A stretch of 64,000 bases of DNA from Nitrospira sp. Its GTDB lineage: Bacteria; Nitrospirota; Thermodesulfovibrionia; UBA6902. Positions 46,378 to 56,615 of this stretch are shown in pieces (position 1 is the stretch's first letter; each line of letters begins with the position of its first letter). Both the position numbers and the translations under genes were made by a program. Where the stretch lies: positions 3,935-67,934 of the forward strand of contig JADHUV010000003.1 in NCBI GenBank assembly GCA_016784355.1. Direction: 5' to 3'. Below the pieces are notes generated by a model that saw only the letters and a program-made list of their open reading frames with translations, searched no databases and was not told the DNA's origin.

Positions 46378-47303
46378 TGGGAAGAACGAAACTGAGCTTT
46401 AATATAGAGGATCTTTTCAGTGGAGAGATTAGACAGGATGAGCCGATGTCAGGGCATACCTCTTTGAGGATCGGAGGACCTGCGGATCTTATGCTTTTCC
46501 CTGAAGATCCGGTATCCCTGAAAAATTTATTTATAGCTGCCCGCAGGGAGGACATTCCTGTATGTTTTCTAGGCGGCGGGACAAATATGCTTGTAACGGA
46601 CAGAGGGATTCGGGGAATGGTAATATCTCTGCGTGCCTTTGGAAACATTGATATTACGAGGGATTCAGATAGCGAAAAGGCAGTACTTTATATTGGAGCC
46701 GGCGTCCTTATGGCACAGCTGCATGGCTTTGCAAAAAAGAATGGACTCTCGGGTATTGAGGGCCTTGCCGGTATACCCGGTACTGTCGGAGGTGCTGCGG
46801 TTATGAATGCAGGCTCATTCGGTACAGAGATCAAGGATGTAATAGAATCCGTGGGAGTAATGGATATGGATGGAGATATAAAGAGATATAAAGCTGATGA
46901 ACTTGATTTTGGATACAGGTCCTCAGGTTTACAGAAAGACGTTATTGTACTGGACCTGAGAGTTGTGCTGCAAAAGGACGAGCCTGACAGGGTAGGCGGA
47001 AGAATGCGTGAATTTATCGCCAGAAAGCGGGCATCACAGCCTATTGGCGAGGCATCCTGTGGATGTGTTTTTAAAAATCCGCATGGAGATGCTGCCGGCA
47101 GACTCATTGAGGCAGCGGGATGCAAGGGTATGAAGTCAGGAAATATAGAGGTGAGCAATCTGCATGCCAACTATTTTATTAACAGAGGCGGGGGGCAGTG
47201 CAGCGAGTTTGTAGAGCTGATGAATGCAGTGAGCTTAAAGGTTAAAGAAAACAGCGGCATTGAGCTGGAGCCGGAGGTCAGGATTTTGGGAGAGGCTGCT
47301 TAA
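46377..47303 (+). CDS. murB: UDP-N-acetylenolpyruvoylglucosamine reductase
   Basis: FAD-binding MurB fold; cluster position. ATG overlaps the murC stop. Confidence 0.85.
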   Translation: MGRTKLSFNIEDLFSGEIRQDEPMSGHTSLRIGGPADLMLFPEDPVSLKNLFIAARREDIPVCFLGGGTNMLVTDRGIRGMVISLRAFGNIDITRDSDSEKAVLYIGAGVLMAQLHGFAKKNGLSGIEGLAGIPGTVGGAAVMNAGSFGTEIKDVIESVGVMDMDGDIKRYKADELDFGYRSSGLQKDVIVLDLRVVLQKDEPDRVGGRMREFIARKRASQPIGEASCGCVFKNPHGDAAGRLIEAAGCKGMKSGNIEVSNLHANYFINRGGGQCSEFVELMNAVSLKVKENSGIELEPEVRILGEAA

Positions 47304-47327
47304 GGTTGTCTTTTAAGAGAGTGGATA

Positions 47328-48305
47328 ATGAGCGATATACTGGTAACTGATAAAAAAATAGCAGTATTAATGGGCGGGACATCTGAGGAGCGGGAGGTAT
47401 CTCTTCGGAGTGGTCAGGCTATATTTAATGCCCTGAAAGAAATGGGCTATAACTGCCAGGCTGTGGATGTCGGACCTGATATTACGGATGTCTTGAGGAA
47501 GCAACAGATTGAGTTTGCCTTTTTGGCGCTTCACGGCGGTAAGGGGGAAAATGGTGCTATGCAGGGACTGCTGGAGGTTCTTGGGATTCCTTATACCGGA
47601 TCAGGGATTCTGGCATCTGCTTTGGCGATGGATAAGGAGGCATCAAAAAAAATCTTTGCCTTTAGCGGGATCCCGGTTGCACCTTCTTTAATCATTGCCT
47701 GTAAATCAGGGGAGGACGCACTTTCATCCGTTGCACATGATGAAGATTCAGCTGGAATTTATTACTATCCTGATTTTCCGATGCCGAATTTTCTGCTGCC
47801 CTGGGTTGTTAAGCCCGCGGATGAGGGTTCAAGCATAGGGGTAAGCATGGTTAAGGATGCAGCGGAATTGCGCAGTTGTCTGGAAAAAACCTTTGTCCCT
47901 GGCAGGCGGGTGATGGTTGAGAAATATATTCGAGGCAGAGAGATTCATATCTGTATACTTGGCGACAGGGTACTGGGCGGGGTAGAGGTAAGACCTTCCA
48001 CTGAATTTTACGATTACGATGCAAAATATACGGCTGGCATGACTGAGTATGTGATACCGCCGGAGTTAGACTATGAAACGTATGAAAGAGTTAAATCTCT
48101 GGCATTGAGGGCTTGTATGGTAATTGGTTGCACAGGCATTTCCAGAGTGGATTTTATGGTGGATGATGACGGGATTCCTCATATCCTTGAGGTAAATACT
48201 CTGCCGGGAATGACCGCTACAAGTCTTGTTCCAAAGATAGCGGCCTCGGCCGGTATGAGTTTTAATGATTTAATTCGGGAGATGATAAGGCTTGCGATCA
48301 ACTAA
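47328..48305 (+). CDS. ddl: D-alanine--D-alanine ligase
   Basis: ATP-grasp. IAVLMGGTSEEREVSLRSG N-terminus typical of Ddl. Confidence 0.9.
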   Translation: MSDILVTDKKIAVLMGGTSEEREVSLRSGQAIFNALKEMGYNCQAVDVGPDITDVLRKQQIEFAFLALHGGKGENGAMQGLLEVLGIPYTGSGILASALAMDKEASKKIFAFSGIPVAPSLIIACKSGEDALSSVAHDEDSAGIYYYPDFPMPNFLLPWVVKPADEGSSIGVSMVKDAAELRSCLEKTFVPGRRVMVEKYIRGREIHICILGDRVLGGVEVRPSTEFYDYDAKYTAGMTEYVIPPELDYETYERVKSLALRACMVIGCTGISRVDFMVDDDGIPHILEVNTLPGMTATSLVPKIAASAGMSFNDLIREMIRLAIN

Positions 48306-49083
48306 AAAAGCTACGGTTAAAAACAAGAACTCCAGTGCTGTATACAAACGCAGTGAGAAGCTGGTGATATTTTTCAGGAGAGGCGTGTACCTGTTGCTGG
48401 CGGTATGCATTGTATGTGCTGCGGTGGTCTCCCTGCAGGCCCTGAGGGATAAGTTTTATGTCAGGGATATAGTTATTACCGGTAATTATCATCTGGACAG
48501 GGACGATATTATAGCGAGTACCGGACTAAAGCTGGGAGAGCCTCTGCTAAGGCTTAATCTCGAGGACCTAAATAACCAGTTATTGCAGAATTCCTGGATT
48601 ACACATGTTGTTCTTAAAAAGAAGTTTCCAGGTACGGTTCTTCTTGATGTTAAGGAGGCCGTTCCAAGGGCATTGTTAAGTATAAGGAATAAAAAATATT
48701 TAATGGATGAAACAGGTGATCTTCTGGAGCGTGTCAGGGAAGATATCCCTCAGTTTCTACCGGTTATAAAAGACATCCACCCGGAAAACAGGAAGGCCCT
48801 TGCGGAAGCTATGAAGCTTATAGGTGCCGTGTCCGGCAATGGCGGTCTTGCAGGGAAGGATTCTTATGTGATTGGCCTGGAGTCTTACGGCCTTAGCATG
48901 GAGGTTGCTGGTGATTTTATTAAGGTAGGCTATGGCGGTTATAAAGAGAAATTGCAGCGCTGGATAGAGCTGGAGCCGGAGATTCGCAGACGGGGTGTCC
49001 CGATTAAGTATGTAGATCTCAGGTTTAAAGATCAGGTGATTGTAAAGCCTTTGAAAGAAAATAAGAAGGAGGCAGCGTCTTAA
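48292..49083 (+). CDS. ftsQ: Cell division protein FtsQ
   Basis: Single TM + POTRA-like domain, between ddl and ftsA. TTG start uncertain. Confidence 0.75.
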   Translation: MRSTKKATVKNKNSSAVYKRSEKLVIFFRRGVYLLLAVCIVCAAVVSLQALRDKFYVRDIVITGNYHLDRDDIIASTGLKLGEPLLRLNLEDLNNQLLQNSWITHVVLKKKFPGTVLLDVKEAVPRALLSIRNKKYLMDETGDLLERVREDIPQFLPVIKDIHPENRKALAEAMKLIGAVSGNGGLAGKDSYVIGLESYGLSMEVAGDFIKVGYGGYKEKLQRWIELEPEIRRRGVPIKYVDLRFKDQVIVKPLKENKKEAAS

Positions 49084-49084
49084 T

Positions 49085-50374
49085 ATGCCTTTTGGTTTTA
49101 TAAAGGATATATCACTTAAGGGCAGCTGTCTGGTGGCTGGCCTGGATATAGGAAGCACAAAGGTATGTGCTGTTATAGGGGAAGTAATTTACCCGGAACG
49201 AGGATGGCAGGGAAATCCTGGATCGGCGAAGGCCGGGGCTATCAATGTAATTGGTTCCGGTACAGTTGTTTCAAACGGTATAAAAAAGGGCGTGATTACG
49301 AACATGGAGGGCATAGTTGAGGCAGTTCGTGAGGCGGTTCGTGAGGCAGAAAGGTCGGCAGGTGCGGTCGTTAAAAATATTAATGCCGGCATTACGGGCG
49401 GACATATAGGCTGTCTCGCAAGTCACGGGGTAATCGCTATTAAAGACAGAGAGATTAAAGCCAGGGAAATCGAGAGCGTGCTTGAGGCGGCCAGAGCGGT
49501 AGCTATTCCTTTTGACCGTGAGATCCTGCATGTCATACCAGTGGACTATACCGTAGACGGACAGAGGGGTATAAGCAATCCCCGCGGGATGATTGGCATA
49601 CGCCTTGAGACGGATGTCCAGATTATTACCGGAGCTGCCGGTATCGTGAAAACCCTTGCCCGAAGCTGTCAGAAAGCTGGAATAGAGATTAGTGAGATAG
49701 TACTTAACCCGCTGGCCTCAGCTGATGCATTACTTACAACGGATGAAAAAGAACGCGGTGTAGCGGTTTTTGATATAGGCGGCGGGACAACTGATATGGC
49801 AATGTTCAGGGATGGGGCCCTATGTCACTCGGGTGTAATAACCCTGGGAGGCAGTAATTTTACAAATGATATTGCAATTGGCCTGAGAATTCCTTCAAAC
49901 GAGGCAGAGGCGGTTAAGATAAAATACGGCTGCACTATGCTTTCCCATGCAGACGCCGGTGGGACCGCCGAAATAGGGCCGGCTGCAAACAGCAGGTCAA
50001 TCCCAAGGAGTTATATTGCAGAGATACTGCAGCCCCGGGCAGAGGAACTTCTGCAGTTGCTCAGAGAGCAATTGATATCAGCAAACCTTCATAAAGACAT
50101 GAATGCCGGTATTGTATTGACAGGCGGCGGCGCTCTTATGAAAGGCATGGATGCAATGGCAGAAAATATACTGGAGCTCCCGGTCAGGATCGGCAGTCCC
50201 GGTCAGGATGGTCTGCTGGACGAAAAATTGTGTAATCCGGAGTTCTCGACCTGTATCGGATTGATGGGCTACGGGACGCGGGAGCATTTGAGAGGTTTTT
50301 CAGCGGACGGCCGGGGAATGATGCAGAATATAAGAGTTCGTATATCGGATCTTGCAAGAATATTCAGACATTGA
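49085..50374 (+). CDS. ftsA: Cell division protein FtsA
   Basis: Actin-like ATPase with LVAGLDIGSTKV phosphate-1 motif. Confidence 0.9.
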   Translation: MPFGFIKDISLKGSCLVAGLDIGSTKVCAVIGEVIYPERGWQGNPGSAKAGAINVIGSGTVVSNGIKKGVITNMEGIVEAVREAVREAERSAGAVVKNINAGITGGHIGCLASHGVIAIKDREIKAREIESVLEAARAVAIPFDREILHVIPVDYTVDGQRGISNPRGMIGIRLETDVQIITGAAGIVKTLARSCQKAGIEISEIVLNPLASADALLTTDEKERGVAVFDIGGGTTDMAMFRDGALCHSGVITLGGSNFTNDIAIGLRIPSNEAEAVKIKYGCTMLSHADAGGTAEIGPAANSRSIPRSYIAEILQPRAEELLQLLREQLISANLHKDMNAGIVLTGGGALMKGMDAMAENILELPVRIGSPGQDGLLDEKLCNPEFSTCIGLMGYGTREHLRGFSADGRGMMQNIRVRISDLARIFRH

Positions 50375-50407
50375 TTTAAGAATAAACATAAATTTAGGAG
50401 GGCGAAT

Positions 50408-51547
50408 ATGAGAATTTTTGAGATGGAAGAGTTAAAGAATAAGGCTGCGAAAATAAAAATCGTTGGTGTCGGCGGCGGCGGCAGTAATGCTGTTAACAGT
50501 ATGATTGCTTCAAGTCTTGAGGGGATAGAGTTTCTGGCAGTAAATACCGATGCCCAGGCTCTTGAATCTTCTTTAGCTCATCAGCGCATACAGATAGGTA
50601 ATGAACTTACAAAAGGGTTGGGGGCCGGTGCTAATCCTGAGATAGGCAGGCAGGCAGCCCTTGATGATCGTGAGTTGATCGCTGAGGCAGTAAAAGGCGC
50701 AGACATGGTTTTTATAACTGCAGGCATGGGAGGCGGTACCGGCACCGGGGCATCAGCGGTTGTAGCAGAGGTTGCGCGGGAGCAGGGTATTTTAACGGCC
50801 GCGGTTGTTACTAAGCCCTTTTTATTCGAGGGTAATAAGAGGTCTAAAAATGCCGACCAGGGGATCAAGGAACTGCGGAAGCATGTCGATTGTATTATTA
50901 CAATACATAATAACAGACTCCTTGATATCACGGAAAAGGACACCCCCTGGCTGCAGGCCTTGAATCTTGCTAATGATGTCCTGCGTCAGGCGGTTAAAGG
51001 TATCTCGGATTTAATTCTGGTGCCGGGATTGATTAATCAGGATTTTGCGGATATAAAGACAATATTATCCAATAGCGGTCGCGCCTTAATGGGTGTCGGG
51101 TACGCAACAGGTGAAAACCGTGCGGTGGAAGCAGCTAAAATGGCCATAAAAAGTCCGCTGCTGGAGGAGACATCAATTGAAAATGCAAGGGGACTTCTCA
51201 TAAATATATCAGGCGGAGCATCTCTTGGTTTTCATGAGGTAAATGAGGCCGCCAGTCTTATACAGGATGCGGTGCATGAGGATGCTGAAATTATATTTGG
51301 CTCTGTAATTGATTCGGATCTGGAGGATAGGATAGTCATTACTGTTATCGCAACAGGTTTTGAAGATAAGAATCAAGCCTCTGTATCCGCTTATGAAAAG
51401 TGGCGGCCTGCTGTGGACTCAAGGTCCAGCGCAGATATAACCATGCCTGAGGATCTGCAGAAAAATATTGGCGAGGCAGAGTATCTGGATGTGCCTACGT
51501 TTATGAGGAAAAATCGTATCAACATGGACAGGGAGCAGACGGTTTGA
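50408..51547 (+). CDS. ftsZ: Cell division GTPase FtsZ
   Basis: GVGGGGSNAVN and GGGTGTG tubulin signature motifs. Confidence 0.95.
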   Translation: MRIFEMEELKNKAAKIKIVGVGGGGSNAVNSMIASSLEGIEFLAVNTDAQALESSLAHQRIQIGNELTKGLGAGANPEIGRQAALDDRELIAEAVKGADMVFITAGMGGGTGTGASAVVAEVAREQGILTAAVVTKPFLFEGNKRSKNADQGIKELRKHVDCIITIHNNRLLDITEKDTPWLQALNLANDVLRQAVKGISDLILVPGLINQDFADIKTILSNSGRALMGVGYATGENRAVEAAKMAIKSPLLEETSIENARGLLINISGGASLGFHEVNEAASLIQDAVHEDAEIIFGSVIDSDLEDRIVITVIATGFEDKNQASVSAYEKWRPAVDSRSSADITMPEDLQKNIGEAEYLDVPTFMRKNRINMDREQTV

Positions 51548-51561
51548 TGCGGCAGTAAAAG

Positions 51562-53487
51562 CTATCTTGTATTAAGGTGTTTGAAGGCCGGCAGTTCCAT
51601 GTTTATTATGGAACTGCCGGTTTTAGATTTTTCTATATTAAGGGTCCCGCCGAGGTCGGACATTATACTTTTAATAATGTTCAGCCATATATCATCAAAT
51701 ATATTTTTTGCAGTATTGCCTGAAAACGGGAATAGAATATCTTCAGTGATTTGCGAGCGAGGGGTTAGATCACTATAAATGAAAACCAGTTTGAGTAAAA
51801 GCTTGCCCTCTTGCTGTATTTCTGATGCCTGAATATTTATTGTCCTGTCAAAGTTCGCATTCCCCGGACTTTCGTCTAAAAACTTGTCTGCATTGCATAG
51901 CAAGTTCAGTATAACAAGTCTTACCAACTGTGGCTGCAGCATAATATCGGGCAGGTTATTCGGAATTGTAAGATAAATATGTATGTCGTTTCCCATGAAT
52001 GTCTCACAGATATGGACACACTCACTGATAATCTCACTAATAGCCGCAGGCTGTCTGACCCCATTGTCGCTATTGCCTAGAGCCATGATTACCTGAAGGG
52101 TATTGAGCGTATTTTCGCTTGTTCTCAATAGCGAAGCGACGGATATGGCGGCGGCGCTATCAGGGTCGATTTGCTTAGACAGCGTTTTTACAGTTTCAAC
52201 TATTGCTTCTGAATGGCTCTCCGTGCGGCGCACTATCGCAGTGGTCATCAGGCCTAGTGCAGCCAGATGATTTATTTGTGCTGACTGATACTCGGCTTTT
52301 TTTCTGACATTCATCTCTATATGAAAGTGACGGTTGAGTTCTTCGAGTTGCCTGGACTTTTCCTCAAGATTTTTGTTGGCTTTTTCATAGTTTTCTATAT
52401 GCACCTTCTGGGAGTTAATGGTTGTCGTCAGCCTGTCAGTCATTTTATTAAAGGTGACTGCAAGACGGCCGATCTCATCTTTTCTGAATATATGCGACTT
52501 GAGCGAGAAGTCACCGGATTCTATCATCCCGGCAGTATGGCTTAACGCCTCAATTGGTTTTATTATTCTTTTACTGACTATCAGCCAGAGGGATATAGAC
52601 CCGGTGAGAGATAGCATTAAAAAGGAGACTATACTCATTATGTCAAGTGAAAGGTGTTCAAATGTCTCTGAAGCAGGCAGTTCTACTACAACATAATAAA
52701 TCTGGTTGCTAATGCGCAGTTGCTCGCTGGCAGTGACAGAATTTTCACCTAATAGTCCCTTACCAAGGCCAGTTTTGGGAGGCATCTTCAGTATAGTTTT
52801 TTTCAGGATAAGTGAGGGGTCGCGATATGCCAGAACCCTTCCCTTCGAATCTAGTATATATGCCGCTCCTGCCTTGCCTATCTGGATGCTCGTTATGATA
52901 TCCCACATGAAGGCAATGCGGATTTCTGCTACTAGAACCCCAATGATAAGGCCTGAAGCAGGTTCTTTTACCGGAAGAGCAAGTATTACTAGAGGTTCAC
53001 CCGTTTCCTTATCGATGTAGACATTACTGACAAATTCCAGGCCTGTTGTATATGGCATTCTGTATTCATCTGAGGTCGAAAGGTTTCTCGAGTTTGAAGA
53101 GGTATAGATCTCCGTTCTAGATACCTTTAGAACCTCCATTCCTGATTCACTCACAAGGGCAATGCTGTTTATTGCATCTTTATGTATGTCGTCCCCTATA
53201 TGCATGGTTTTTGAAAGAAGAGTTTTCAGTTCCTCCTGCGGTATATTCAGAAGGTTGTTCTGGCTGCTAACTGAAAAGAGCTTGTATTTGATATTTCCTA
53301 TAGTAGATCTGATAATGATTGAGACCCTTTTGGCTATTTCCTGCTGATTACGTACCGCCTGTCCTTGTTGAAAGGATATGTTTTTCCATGATAAAACTGA
53401 GTTGACAAATATTACCGGAAGGATAGCCAGAGTAATGAAGGCAATAAGAAGGGACTTCCTGATTGAAACGCTTGAGAGGATTTTCAC
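51562..53487 (-). CDS. Sensor histidine kinase: TM, double-Cache-like periplasmic domain, TM, HAMP, HisKA-like, atypical HATPase_c
   Basis: 640 aa. Two TMs flank a ~260-aa periplasmic domain. HAMP, then H-containing dimerisation helix (AQINHLAAL) and N-box (NLLCNADKF). Glycine-rich G1/G2 boxes not recognisable by eye. Confidence 0.7.
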   Translation of the reverse strand: MKILSSVSIRKSLLIAFITLAILPVIFVNSVLSWKNISFQQGQAVRNQQEIAKRVSIIIRSTIGNIKYKLFSVSSQNNLLNIPQEELKTLLSKTMHIGDDIHKDAINSIALVSESGMEVLKVSRTEIYTSSNSRNLSTSDEYRMPYTTGLEFVSNVYIDKETGEPLVILALPVKEPASGLIIGVLVAEIRIAFMWDIITSIQIGKAGAAYILDSKGRVLAYRDPSLILKKTILKMPPKTGLGKGLLGENSVTASEQLRISNQIYYVVVELPASETFEHLSLDIMSIVSFLMLSLTGSISLWLIVSKRIIKPIEALSHTAGMIESGDFSLKSHIFRKDEIGRLAVTFNKMTDRLTTTINSQKVHIENYEKANKNLEEKSRQLEELNRHFHIEMNVRKKAEYQSAQINHLAALGLMTTAIVRRTESHSEAIVETVKTLSKQIDPDSAAAISVASLLRTSENTLNTLQVIMALGNSDNGVRQPAAISEIISECVHICETFMGNDIHIYLTIPNNLPDIMLQPQLVRLVILNLLCNADKFLDESPGNANFDRTINIQASEIQQEGKLLLKLVFIYSDLTPRSQITEDILFPFSGNTAKNIFDDIWLNIIKSIMSDLGGTLNIEKSKTGSSIINMELPAFKHLNTR

Positions 53488-53491
53488 TGAA

Positions 53492-54457
53492 CTATCTGAC
53501 TACGATATCCGCCATTTGTAAAATATTATCCGGCACTGTCAGCCCGATCTCCAGAGCTTTTTTCAGGTTGATACCAAGTTTAAAGTGCGCAGTTTCAATT
53601 GGTATGCCGCTGGCCGGTGCTCCCATAAGTATTTTATGTGCAAGTCGGGCCGCCTGTTTTCCTGTATACTCGGAATCCTGTCCGTATGTAATGGTTACCC
53701 CCCTGTCTATCTGACCCGTGTTGGATCCTATAGGGATATTCAGCATGGTAGCCTTACTAACAATCTCATCGATGTTTGATACGATCAGGATTGAATTTAA
53801 TATAAACATGGCCTCTGTATTGGCCGGGATAGCTGAGAGGGCGGAAGTGAGTTGGGCTTTATCTTCAACTTCAGCAATCTGCAGGTTTATGCCAAGTTTT
53901 TCAGCGCCGCTGGAAAGCTCTGCCAGACTGAGACGGGCCGCCTGCGTATCAAATTTTATAGGAACAAAGACATTTTTTATTCCAGGCTTCAGGCCCGGCA
54001 GCCATTCAAGGGCCTTTTGAACACTGCCGGCAACTTTTACCCCTGTTATGTTTTCTTTTTTATTGACGAGATCATCGATAATGCCGCCTTCCAGCGGATC
54101 GTAGAGTATCCCGAAAAGGACAGGGATATTTGTACCCCTGACCGCATCCAGTGTCTTTTTGGTTCCCGGTGTTGTAAAGGTCAGAATAAGATCCGGGTTT
54201 TGCTTGATCAGCTCAGGAAGCTTAAGGTCTATATCGTGCTGCTTGAATATTGAATAGTAGCTTATATTTTTCCCCTCTTCATACCCGTTGCTTGCCATCG
54301 CTGCTTTAAAGCTTTTTATTGTTTTTTCGAGTTTAGGGTTAGGGTTAACTATGCCGAGCAGATAGTTTTTTTCTTCCGCTTTATTGGTACACGAAATAAG
54401 TAAAATGGCAGATATTGCTATGAAAAAGAATGTCCTGGTCCTTTTGAATAATATCAT
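53492..54457 (-). CDS. Periplasmic substrate-binding lipoprotein (PF04392-like 'ABC transporter substrate binding protein'), likely co-sensor for the adjacent kinase
   Basis: Signal peptide + lipobox (LLISCTN). Type I periplasmic-binding fold. Stop lies 4 nt before the kinase start. Confidence 0.7.
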   Translation of the reverse strand: MILFKRTRTFFFIAISAILLISCTNKAEEKNYLLGIVNPNPKLEKTIKSFKAAMASNGYEEGKNISYYSIFKQHDIDLKLPELIKQNPDLILTFTTPGTKKTLDAVRGTNIPVLFGILYDPLEGGIIDDLVNKKENITGVKVAGSVQKALEWLPGLKPGIKNVFVPIKFDTQAARLSLAELSSGAEKLGINLQIAEVEDKAQLTSALSAIPANTEAMFILNSILIVSNIDEIVSKATMLNIPIGSNTGQIDRGVTITYGQDSEYTGKQAARLAHKILMGAPASGIPIETAHFKLGINLKKALEIGLTVPDNILQMADIVVR

Positions 54458-54634
54458 GCATCCTCCCCGTAGAATGATTTAAGTAGATGATATTATAACG
54501 TAATATCTTAAATATTGGGGCTTGACTCTTAATTCTATGACAAAGATAGATAGTTTTTGCGCTGCGAATGTTAAAAGACGTATCTATGTGATAAAATAAT
54601 TTCCCTTTAACCAATTTATTATGAGAGGTGATTA

Positions 54635-56332
54635 ATGCGTTTTACAAATATATTTATACCGACATTGCGTGAGACCCCTGGCGAGGCCGAGGCAATCAGC
54701 CATATTCTGATGCTCAGGGCAGGATATGTGCGTCAGTTAGCTGCCGGTTTGTACATCTATCTGCCGCTTGCATGGCGTGTTATGGACAAGGTCAAGGCCA
54801 TTATCCGGGATGAAATGGCAGAAATAGGGGCGCAGGAAATGAGTATGCCCGCGCTTCACCCATCAGAGATCTGGCAGAAGACCGGCAGGTGGGATGCCAT
54901 CGGGGATGAGATGTTTCGCCTGAAGGATCGCGGTGGTCGTGATATGTGCCTTGGTATGACCCATGAGGAGATCATTACCTGGCTTGCCTCAATGGAACTT
55001 CGCTCATATCGGGATCTGCCTCAGGTCTGGTATCAGATGCAGACAAAGTTCAGGGATGAGGCCAGGCCAAAAAGCGGCATTCTCAGGACTCGCGAGTTTA
55101 TCATGAAGGACAGCTATAGTTTCGATCGTGATGAGGAAGGGCTGGAAGTAAATTACCAGAATCATGCAAGTGCCTATAATCGTATTTATCAAAGGTGCGG
55201 GCTTGAGTTTTACCAGGTCGAGAGTGACCCTGGAATGATGGGCGGGGCGACTGCTCATGAATTTATGGCTCCCAGTCCGGCAGGTGAGGACACCGTGGTG
55301 CTATGTGAAAAGTGCGGTTATTCCGCCAATATCGAACTTGCCGGATCCGTTCCGATACCACAGGAAGCAGAGGGGCTGGCATCTGTTACCTCACTGCAAG
55401 AGGTTGCTACTCCGGAGAAGAGAACAGTGACGGAGGTATCTGGATTTCTCAAAGAAGATAGGACCTGTTTTATTAAGAGCCTGCTTCTGATCGGCTCAGA
55501 TGGACCTTTTCTGGCATTGGTCAGGGGGGATCAGGATTTGCATGAAGGCAAACTCCGATGCATTGTGGGAGAGTTCAGGGCTGCGCAAAAGGATGAGGTT
55601 AAGGATATCCTTGGTGTAGAGGCAGGCTTTATAGGACCTCAAGGGCATGAGATGCGAAGGGTTGCAGATACATCCTTAAAGCAGGGTGTATATATTGCCG
55701 GTGCCAATAAGGCTGGATTTCATATAAAAGGCATAAGGCCAGGGGAGCACTTTGAGGCTGAGTGGCACGATATTCATACTGCGGTCAAAAACGATGGATG
55801 TCCGAAGTGCGGGGAACCGCTTGATGAAAAAAATGTGATAGAAATTGGAAATATATTTAAGCTTGGAACAAAATATTCTGAATCTCTGAAGGCGGTTTAT
55901 CTTGATGAGCATGGAAAGGAAATGCCGATGATCATGGGTAGTTACGGCATAGGTCCTGCGCGTATAGCCGCAGCGGCGATAGAGCAGAACCATGATGACA
56001 GCGGCATGATATGGCCCCTAAGCATAGCACCGTTTCACGTGCATATAATCCCTCTTGCGCTTGATGATGATGTAGTTAATATGGCCGGTTCGATATATAA
56101 TGAGCTTAAAGGCCATAGGGTAGAGGTGCTTCTTGATGATCGTGATGAACGCGCAGGGGTCAAGTTTAAGGATGCGGATCTTATAGGTATCCCGTTTCAG
56201 GTAGTTATTGGAAAAAAAGGTTTGAAAGAAGGAGTCGTGGAATTTAAACAGCGCAGCACGATGCAGACTGAGAGGGTCGAGCCGGCGCAGGTTACTGTAA
56301 AGGTGTTAGAGGCTCTCAGGGCATTTCAGTAA
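54635..56332 (+). CDS. proS: Proline--tRNA ligase (bacterial type with editing INS domain)
   Basis: 565 aa. Class II aaRS motifs, INS domain and C-terminal anticodon-binding domain. Confidence 0.95.
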   Translation: MRFTNIFIPTLRETPGEAEAISHILMLRAGYVRQLAAGLYIYLPLAWRVMDKVKAIIRDEMAEIGAQEMSMPALHPSEIWQKTGRWDAIGDEMFRLKDRGGRDMCLGMTHEEIITWLASMELRSYRDLPQVWYQMQTKFRDEARPKSGILRTREFIMKDSYSFDRDEEGLEVNYQNHASAYNRIYQRCGLEFYQVESDPGMMGGATAHEFMAPSPAGEDTVVLCEKCGYSANIELAGSVPIPQEAEGLASVTSLQEVATPEKRTVTEVSGFLKEDRTCFIKSLLLIGSDGPFLALVRGDQDLHEGKLRCIVGEFRAAQKDEVKDILGVEAGFIGPQGHEMRRVADTSLKQGVYIAGANKAGFHIKGIRPGEHFEAEWHDIHTAVKNDGCPKCGEPLDEKNVIEIGNIFKLGTKYSESLKAVYLDEHGKEMPMIMGSYGIGPARIAAAAIEQNHDDSGMIWPLSIAPFHVHIIPLALDDDVVNMAGSIYNELKGHRVEVLLDDRDERAGVKFKDADLIGIPFQVVIGKKGLKEGVVEFKQRSTMQTERVEPAQVTVKVLEALRAFQ

Positions 56333-56365
56333 ATTATGCGGAAATGAAAGGATTCTAGGCCGGGC

Positions 56366-56572
56366 TTACCATACTAAGGATAGAAAAGAGTCCAGATCCT
56401 GCTGTATTTTGTTGAATTTACACCATATGACCATGCAGTTTTCAGATCGGTAACAATAGCCGTCTTTTATGACGACATGGGTGCATACACCCGTCCTCTC
56501 GCTGTACGGGCATGGCATGTGAAGCTTGCCAGTCTCAGTTGAAAAAACCTTAGGCATGAATGGATCTTTCAT
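56366..56572 (-). CDS. Small Cys-rich hypothetical protein (5 Cys in 68 aa)
   Basis: ORF only, immediately downstream of dnaG. Possible metal-binding motif C-x8-C-x9-C-x5-C. Confidence 0.3.
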   Translation of the reverse strand: MKDPFMPKVFSTETGKLHMPCPYSERTGVCTHVVIKDGYCYRSENCMVIWCKFNKIQQDLDSFLSLVW

Positions 56573-56615
56573 ATGATATAGTTTATCCCTTCATGAGAAG
56601 CAATGCAAAAAAAGA

